From NCBI GenBank assembly GCA_002337525.1, contig DDGG01000003.1, positions 5,450 through 69,449 of the forward strand: a stretch of 64,000 nucleotides of DNA, given 5' to 3'. Shown here piece by piece: positions 58,043 to 64,000 of the stretch (position 1 is the stretch's first letter; each line of letters starts with the position of its first letter). A model generated the notes under the pieces. The model was not told where the DNA came from. It worked only from the letters and a program-made list of their open reading frames with translations, and did no database searches. Both the position numbers and the translations under genes were made by a program. The stretch comes from Alphaproteobacteria bacterium UBA1908. Lineage in GTDB: Bacteria; Pseudomonadota; Alphaproteobacteria; Caedimonadales; UBA1908.

Positions 58043-58287
58043 GTAATGATGTTTACGGGAATTTTTTAGGGTTTCTGTGAGCAAGATCCTTTAAGGTATC
58101 ATATTTGATATCTTGATTGTGATTTTTTTTGGCCCGAGTGGTCATTACCGAGTTACGCTGTTTTTTGAAACAGCTAAACAGTTTCTTGAACCAGCAATTG
58201 GTTTGAGATCCCGCGCTAAATACTATGTTTAGCGCAAACCTCCCTGTTAAGACTTGGCCCCCCATTTTTTGGGGGGCTTTTTTTTTT
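58043..58287 (+). ncRNA. Candidate small RNA (orphan promoter-to-terminator unit); identity unknown
   Basis: No credible ORF on the plus strand. Internal hairpins (GCTGTTT/AAACAGC; GCGCTAAA/TTTAGCGC at 58213-58235). Strong terminator GGCCCCCC-a-TTTTTT-GGGGGGC plus a T10 run at 58256-58287. The 5' end is estimated from the promoter. Confidence 0.5.
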
Positions 58288-58504
58288 GAATGAAACCCTA
58301 CAAAATTTATCTAGGGGTTTCAACAATCTTTTAAAATCATAATACCTAGATAGTTAATAAAAAGTTAAGATACAATAAAAAGTTTCAGGAAAAAATTCAG
58401 GATTCGCTCTTTAAAACTTTTTGTTACTGATCATTCAGGTAGTTTTCTCGCTATAAAAAAAGCCGTGATAATTTACCAAAGCTTTTTTATAAAAAGTTTT
58501 TTGT

Positions 58505-59005
58505 CTATGCGGCCTTTTCCAGGATGTCCTCAACACGTTTTGTTGCTGCTTCTTCATCAATAGATTCGACAAGGGCCACTTCACAAGAAAGACGTTCCAA
58601 AGCTGAACGATAAATTTGACGTTCACTATATGATTGTTCAGGTTGGGTGTCTTTACGGTAGAGCTCTCTTAGAACTTCAGCAAGAGACGTAGGGTTCCCG
58701 GAGTTAATTTTGAGTTCGTATTCTTGTGCACGACGGGCCCAAACGCCCTTTTTGGCTTTAACTCGACGCTTTAAAGAGCCTAAAATCTCACCAAGTTGTT
58801 CTTTGGATGTTAATCGCCTTAGACCAGAGGCCTGAGCTTTTTGAAGGGGAAGACGCAGAGTCATTTTTGTTTTTTCAAAAGTGATGACAAGAACTTTAAG
58901 TTCACATCCTGCAATAGTTTGTGTTTCTATTGATCCAAGTTGTCCAACCCCATGAGATGGGTAAACGACAAAATCTCCCTGTGCAAAAGCTTCGCGATTT
59001 GACAT
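58505..59005 (-). CDS. carD: CarD/CdnL-family RNA polymerase-binding transcription factor
   Basis: 166 aa. FAQGDFVVYPSHGVGQLGSIE...LKVLVITFEKTKMTLRLP is typical of CarD_CdnL_TRCF. Confidence 0.9.
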   Translation of the reverse strand: MSNREAFAQGDFVVYPSHGVGQLGSIETQTIAGCELKVLVITFEKTKMTLRLPLQKAQASGLRRLTSKEQLGEILGSLKRRVKAKKGVWARRAQEYELKINSGNPTSLAEVLRELYRKDTQPEQSYSERQIYRSALERLSCEVALVESIDEEAATKRVEDILEKAA

Positions 59006-59286
59006 TTGTTGGAAATCCTTTTTTAAGTTAAAAGCATTCTAAGAAAAGCACAATATTCGTAAAAAGTCAATATTTTAAACGTCAAATAAATGTGCTGTTA
59101 ACTATTAACTGAAATTCACCAGAAAAACCTAATTAATAAAGGCATTTTAGAAAATAGAATATTTAATGGAGTTATTTATATATTGGGTGGACCCAGGTCA
59201 GTGGATAGAGCATTCCTGGATAAGAACAAAGTGATAGAAAAGATTTCTATCGAATGAGTTTAAACCAGGCTTTCATATGGGGTGAT

Positions 59287-61125
59287 TTATAAATCACTGA
59301 ATAAACGGTAGGTTCCCTTGCCTGATTTTTTAGCATCATACATTGCGGCATCGGCATTAGAGAGTAACTCCTCTGGAGTATTTGCATCTCCAGGAAAAAT
59401 GGCAATACCAATGCTTGTTCCAAAATTTGCTCGTACACCATCTCGTTCAACAAAGGTTCCAACAGACTCCAAACAGCGTGTAGCCGCTATTTTAGGGAAA
59501 TCCGTGTCATGAATATTGTAAAGGATCGCACAGAATTCATCTCCCCCTAAACGCGCGACAAGATCGGTTTCCCTAAGAGCCGTTCTTAATTTATCGGCAA
59601 CATTTGTTAAAACCAGATCTCCAAAATCATGACCAAAATCATCGTTAACTTTTTTAAAACCGTCCAGGTCAAAGAACATTAATGCAAAGGGTGCTTGACC
59701 TTTTGACGTTTGCTCAAAAGCTTCTTTAAGAAGGCGATCAAAGTAAGAGCGATTTGCAAGCCCTGTTAACCCATCAAAGTCTGCACGTCGTTGAACTTCT
59801 CTTTCACGACGTTTGCGTTCCGTAATATCTTTATGCAGACTCACTGTTCCCCCTGATGGAATAGGTGCATTGGTGACTTCTATCCAGCGCCCGTCCGAGA
59901 AATGAACTTCCTGGGGTTTTTTACCTGTTCTAAAATGCGTGATGGCCTCATCGAGCCACTCTGACTCGGTATAGTTTTTCTCGGTACTATAATTTTCATC
60001 TGATCTTCTTAATGATAAATAACGATTTAATTCAATGTTTTTCTTTAAAAAATCTGTATAGGAAAATCCTTTTTGATCCAGGACCTTGATTGCTGGATAC
60101 ATTTCAGAAAAAGTCTCATTTTTCATAACAAGATACTCGCAGGCATCAAAAATTGCAAAGCCATCCTCGATACTTTCCATCGCGGCATAAAGGGTATCCC
60201 GTGCCGTTTGAAGTTCTATAGACTGTTCTTTTTCTCGGTCTGCCGCCATTTTCTTTTCAAGGCAAGCATTAACACGAGCATTTAAGAGGACAGGGTCAAC
60301 AGGCATATCCAAATAGTCATCAGCGCCTGCATCAATACAACGAACAACACTATCAAGTTCACTAAGGCTTGAAACGACTAAAACCGGAATATTTTTAGTC
60401 TGTTGATTTTGCTTTAGGATTTCCAAAACTTCATGACCAGACATTTCTGGCATTAAGATATCAAGTAATATAAGGTCAACAGGTGTTTCTTCTGCTTTAA
60501 TGAGACCAGATTTTCCATCTGGACTTTCATCAATTTCGTGTCCTAGTCCTTCAAGATGGCGTCGTAGAATATTTCTTTTTTGTGGGTCATCATCGATAAT
60601 TAAAATACGGCCCAGGACTTTGGCAACAAGTTGAGGGCGAAGTTTAACAACTGTTTGGTTGGCTGATGTCTCATCAAGGCCTGATTGAGGAGTTATCTTT
60701 GCGATAAGAGGTAAAGTTTTTGTAACCTGGTTAATAAGGTCATGAAGGTTATCAATAAAAGGCTTTGGTGCTTTATCAATAAAATCCTCACTTATTAATT
60801 CGGCATAACTTTTGATAGCACCAACGTTGGCTCTTAAATCATGGCGAGCTTCTTTCCAGAATTCTTCATCAATGTTATTGCTGTGGCATAAGGAAAGAAG
60901 TTCAGGAATTTTAAGGGCCAGTTTTTTGAAAAGTCCTTTAATAACAGCGATATCTGAGTGAGCTTCCGTGAAACTTTCAGCAGCTGCAGAAGCGCAAGCT
61001 TTCTGGAAAAAAAATTCTAATGTTGGAAGGCTACGTTGAAGGGCAAGTAAATTTTCTGCTACGGACTTAAGACCTATATGACAGAGTTGTTCAGAAGTGT
61101 TTGACATCGTTTCCATCTGTGGCAC
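59287..61125 (-). CDS. Response-regulator diguanylate cyclase (N-terminal H-box helical domain - REC - PAS - GGDEF)
   Basis: 612 aa. H-box-like EARHDLRANVGAIKSYAELI; REC (ILIIDDDP...LILLDILMPEMSG); a PAS-like region; GGDEF (LTGLANRSYF...ARLGGDEFCAIL). Confidence 0.85.
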   Translation of the reverse strand: MPQMETMSNTSEQLCHIGLKSVAENLLALQRSLPTLEFFFQKACASAAAESFTEAHSDIAVIKGLFKKLALKIPELLSLCHSNNIDEEFWKEARHDLRANVGAIKSYAELISEDFIDKAPKPFIDNLHDLINQVTKTLPLIAKITPQSGLDETSANQTVVKLRPQLVAKVLGRILIIDDDPQKRNILRRHLEGLGHEIDESPDGKSGLIKAEETPVDLILLDILMPEMSGHEVLEILKQNQQTKNIPVLVVSSLSELDSVVRCIDAGADDYLDMPVDPVLLNARVNACLEKKMAADREKEQSIELQTARDTLYAAMESIEDGFAIFDACEYLVMKNETFSEMYPAIKVLDQKGFSYTDFLKKNIELNRYLSLRRSDENYSTEKNYTESEWLDEAITHFRTGKKPQEVHFSDGRWIEVTNAPIPSGGTVSLHKDITERKRREREVQRRADFDGLTGLANRSYFDRLLKEAFEQTSKGQAPFALMFFDLDGFKKVNDDFGHDFGDLVLTNVADKLRTALRETDLVARLGGDEFCAILYNIHDTDFPKIAATRCLESVGTFVERDGVRANFGTSIGIAIFPGDANTPEELLSNADAAMYDAKKSGKGTYRLFSDL

Positions 61126-61305
61126 TAACCTTCAACTTAGGGCTTGGGAGACAAATACAAAAAAAGGGAGCCTCCGTATTTTTAATTTAAAACCTATCAA
61201 TTTTTATTTTAAGGATTCTTTTAGATCTCACAATATTTGCTCTTGGTTTAGTTCAATCGTAAAAAATCTTACCTTATCTGTATCTCTTTAAAAAAATATA
61301 AATCT

Positions 61306-61671
61306 TTATTTCTCCAGGAAAGATTTAATTTTTTCCAGCAACCTCGGCAATTCAACAGGCTTGGTATCAAACTCATCACAGCCTGCTTCAATGGCCTTGT
61401 CGCGATCCTCACTCATGGCATGAGCAGTGAGGGCAATGACAGGAATAGAACGAGTCTCGTCAGAAGCCTTAATACGGCGAGTTGCCTCCCAGCCATCAAT
61501 TTTTGGAAGGCTCATATCCATTAAAATAAGATCAGGATTTTGACTCAAAGCCATTTCAACACCTTCTTCTCCATCAACAGCCATGACAATTTCATACCCT
61601 TTTCTTGTCAGGCGTCGCGAGAGCATATCACGATTCATTTCGTTGTCTTCTACGAGAAGTATTTTAGACAT
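61306..61671 (-). CDS. Single-domain CheY-like response regulator (DivK-like)
   Basis: 121 aa. KILLVEDNEMN, LILMDMSLPKIDGWE, VIALTAHAM, DEFDTKP. Resembles Caulobacter DivK and sits upstream of a REC-GGDEF gene. Confidence 0.8.
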   Translation of the reverse strand: MSKILLVEDNEMNRDMLSRRLTRKGYEIVMAVDGEEGVEMALSQNPDLILMDMSLPKIDGWEATRRIKASDETRSIPVIALTAHAMSEDRDKAIEAGCDEFDTKPVELPRLLEKIKSFLEK

Positions 61672-61749
61672 TGTTGCTCTTTAAACCTCTTGTTATGATC
61701 TATTATTAATAACTATACACTAAAAAACCCTTAAGATGGAGCCCGAATA

Positions 61750-62283
61750 ATGTCGGAAGAAATGGTCTATAAAATGGGACATCCCATTTTACGGCAACGC
61801 GCAAAAGAGGTTGAAACAATTAATGATCCGTCTTTTCAAAAGATGGTTTCAGAAATGTTAACAATGATTCGTGATATGCCTGCGGCGGGTCTTGCGGCTC
61901 CTCAAATTGGTGAGAGTCTTCGCGTGATTGTTTTCCAGGTTCATCCTGTTACGGCGGAGCGTAAAGGGATTGATCCTCTTCCTCCCATGGTTTTAATCAA
62001 TCCGGAAATTAAACCTGTGGGAAAAGAAAAATATGATGATTGGGAAGCTTGTTTGTCACTTGGAGACTTGATGGGAATTGTTCCCCGTTTCCAACGTATT
62101 GCTTACAAGGGCTTGAATGAAAAAGGCCAAAAAGTTTCAGGAGAGGCAACGGGCCACCATGCGCGGACTATTCAACATGAATATGATCACCTTGAAGGTA
62201 TTTTATACATTGATCGTATTAAAGATTTGAAAAATCTTATTTACCGGGATCAATATGATCATTGGCTCGCCGGTAAATTATAA
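61750..62283 (+). CDS. def: Peptide deformylase
   Basis: 177 aa with motifs GLAAPQIG, EACLS and HEYDHLEG. Confidence 0.95.
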   Translation: MSEEMVYKMGHPILRQRAKEVETINDPSFQKMVSEMLTMIRDMPAAGLAAPQIGESLRVIVFQVHPVTAERKGIDPLPPMVLINPEIKPVGKEKYDDWEACLSLGDLMGIVPRFQRIAYKGLNEKGQKVSGEATGHHARTIQHEYDHLEGILYIDRIKDLKNLIYRDQYDHWLAGKL

Positions 62284-62407
62284 GTTGCTTCCCATTCATC
62301 CTGTTTTTTGATGATATCGTGAAATCGGGGGATTTTCACTCTTCATTTGTAAAATCAACACAGTGACCGAGAAGAGGTTTTAGATCTTGAATCGAGTTTC
62401 TATTTTT

Positions 62408-63934
62408 TTAGAAGAGAATGCGGCGCTCTAGAATATGGCCATCAGTACGCACGATATAAAGAACACTTCTTCCTTTAATACTGTACTTTTCAAAAGCCTG
62501 GCCATCAACATCTTGAAAAACATCATTTCGGGGAGAATTTAAAAAGCTTGAGATCCAGAATGTTTTTTGAGGCTTACTTGCAAGATCTGAAAAATCCAGT
62601 TCAACTGGTGTTTTATCTGAAAAAACAAACGCGATAGGTTGTTTTTCCCCAAGTAAATGATAAAGAGAGGAGTTCTTTCCATCATGCGTTGTCAACGGCA
62701 CATCAGGGGCCATGTCTCCTTTTCCAAGAATAAAAGGGCGTGATAGAAAATGAAGGATCTCGTCTTTGGTGTTTGCCCATACACGGTAAGCAACATCTAG
62801 CGCTGCAAAGCGTCGACCCAATTTTTGTATCAGGAAAGGCAGGCGCAAAAAGAAGGGGAGGACATTTTTCCTTAAAGTAAAATAAACCGGTATTTTAGAG
62901 AAAATAAGTTCTGACATTATTTTCCGATTTTGACGTTCACACGTTTGAAAAGAGACTTGTTCTTTGTGGTATGTTTCCAGAGATAGTCTATTTCCCGAGA
63001 GTTTTTGACCCAGGTGATATCCTAAATGCAGAGCTTGATGGATATCCAGATCATACCCAAAATTGAGTCTTGAAATATCATAGAAATCCGGACGACCGCA
63101 CACCAGAACAGGCCCTTCAGGTAAATTAGGAGAGGTTTGTGGTTGTCCTATGACATTTTTTTGGGTCAAAATTTTTGTTGCTTTTAAAGAAGTCGTTGAT
63201 CTTTGGTCCAGAAATTCGTTGAGGGTCTCCAGTGTAAGACGTCCTTCCCTGAGAGAGGCTGACTGGATAATTAATCGAATCTTTTTCTCTGAAAGAGGTA
63301 CCGATCCAAGAAATTCTTTTTCATCAGCCAGGTGGATTTCAGATTGGGTACACAGGGGACTTTCATAGTTAACTTCTAATACTCTAAGAAGATTTTTTTC
63401 AGAGGTCTTTTGGGTCTCAAGTGATAATAAGGCAGCTATTTTCTCTTGTCCCTCATCACAGCCAATGACGTAGTCAAAAGTCTTTTTTACCGATCCTTTT
63501 TCTGTTTTAAAAATGGCTTCAACTCCTTTTGAGGACGAAGTAAGGCTCTCAAGCTTGTCTGAGGCAACTTTAATGCCGGAAGCTTTTGATATACCCTCCA
63601 GAATTTCTTTTTCAGGAAGTGTTACGAAAGAGGAAAAAGAGGTTCCCAAAGTCGTTAGGGCAATGTCGATCATGTGTGATGTTGAGAAGTGAATTTTAAG
63701 GCCCGAGACAGTGTACCCTTTTTGAAAAAAGTGTGTGTCAAGGCCCAGTAATTTAAAGATAGAAAGGCTTCCGGGCGATAAAGTCACTTCCTGATTTTGA
63801 GAAAGCCGTGATAGAGGGAGAGAAGCTGATGTTTTACTAAAAGCATCAATGAGATGAACGGGGACCTTTTGTCGGGATAAGGCTAAGGCTAGTGTTGACC
63901 CGACGATTCCTGATCCTACAATTAAAACGCCCAT
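62408..63934 (-). CDS. FAD-dependent monooxygenase with a C-terminal thioredoxin-like domain (phenol-hydroxylase-like architecture)
   Basis: 508 aa. N-terminal GVLIVGSGIVGSTLALAL dinucleotide-binding motif. The C-terminal GDMAPDVPL...G...SLYHLLG...IAFVF pattern is a thioredoxin-like fold without a CxxC. Confidence 0.65.
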   Translation of the reverse strand: MGVLIVGSGIVGSTLALALSRQKVPVHLIDAFSKTSASLPLSRLSQNQEVTLSPGSLSIFKLLGLDTHFFQKGYTVSGLKIHFSTSHMIDIALTTLGTSFSSFVTLPEKEILEGISKASGIKVASDKLESLTSSSKGVEAIFKTEKGSVKKTFDYVIGCDEGQEKIAALLSLETQKTSEKNLLRVLEVNYESPLCTQSEIHLADEKEFLGSVPLSEKKIRLIIQSASLREGRLTLETLNEFLDQRSTTSLKATKILTQKNVIGQPQTSPNLPEGPVLVCGRPDFYDISRLNFGYDLDIHQALHLGYHLGQKLSGNRLSLETYHKEQVSFQTCERQNRKIMSELIFSKIPVYFTLRKNVLPFFLRLPFLIQKLGRRFAALDVAYRVWANTKDEILHFLSRPFILGKGDMAPDVPLTTHDGKNSSLYHLLGEKQPIAFVFSDKTPVELDFSDLASKPQKTFWISSFLNSPRNDVFQDVDGQAFEKYSIKGRSVLYIVRTDGHILERRILF

Positions 63935-64000
63935 GTTTCCCCTTTCTTTTTCAAGAATGCTGTTTGCTCTGTTTCCCTGGATTTTTTTCTAATGTTCGTC

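Noticed and set aside
58053-58265. A 70-aa minus-strand ORF across the candidate sRNA locus.
   Set aside because: Its ATG lies in the loop of the plus-strand terminator hairpin. There is no SD and no recognisable protein features. The locus is better explained as a plus-strand non-coding transcript.
59184-59260. A tRNA-like stretch (GGGTGGA..GGTCAGTGGATAGAGCA..CCTGGATAAGAA) upstream of carD.
   Set aside because: The D-arm has a mismatch, the anticodon stem is only 3 bp, there is no T-arm (no GTTCGAATC-type loop) and no complementary 3' acceptor strand. At best it is a decayed tRNA fragment; it may be chance. The adjacent perfect hairpin GATAGAAA-aga-TTTCTATC (59234-59252) is probably a weak 3' structure of the GGDEF gene.
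1-64000. I scanned for CRISPR arrays, IS elements/transposases, integrases, rRNA, group II introns, toxin-antitoxin pairs and known defence genes.
   Set aside because: No regularly spaced direct repeats, no transposase- or integrase-like ORFs and no rRNA-like sequence were seen. The only mobile-element trace is the tRNA-Gln islet reported in findings.

Overview
The window reads as chromosomal DNA from an AT-rich (by eye, not computed), probably host-associated alphaproteobacterium. The lineage call is inference from synteny: sdhCDAB, leuS-lptE-holA followed by a DUF3576-type lipoprotein, CarD/CdnL, and a divK/pleD-like pair.

Housekeeping genes: partial transaldolase, dapE, sdhCDAB, leuS-lptE-holA, a porin, a pseudouridine synthase, ubiG, metNIQ, grxC, carD, def and tRNA-Gln(UUG).

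Accessory blocks interleaved with them:
1. A secretin-less gspE-gspF module followed by three coupled single-TM proteins (496-5496). Two prepilin genes lie about 43 kb away (48386-49929).
2. A minus-strand, partly translationally coupled orphan tailoring/biosynthetic cluster (15193-22274): TauD-like dioxygenase, AMP-ligase, thermostable-hemolysin-family acyltransferase-like protein, flavodoxin-like reductase, O-methyltransferase, amidase and DMT transporter. A hairpin-rich leader precedes it.
3. A run of Sec-signal proteins with no recognisable domains (23039-28679), including a 1050-aa protein and a 4-repeat protein.
4. An arnT-arnE/F-arnB-arnC-arnA(C-terminal domain only) lipid A modification operon with no formyltransferase or deformylase in the window.
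5. A roughly 3 kb islet abutting the 3' end of tRNA-Gln (50184-53189). It encodes a 610-aa membrane protein of unknown function and a DUF6362-like phage-type protein.
6. Signalling genes: a solute-symporter-fused histidine kinase with an atypical response regulator, a Cache-HAMP adenylate cyclase, and an H-box-REC-PAS-GGDEF protein.
7. An orphan promoter-to-terminator unit that is a candidate sRNA (58043-58287).

I saw no CRISPR array, IS element, transposase, integrase or rRNA. All protein family calls rest on motif recognition by eye. No database search was run.
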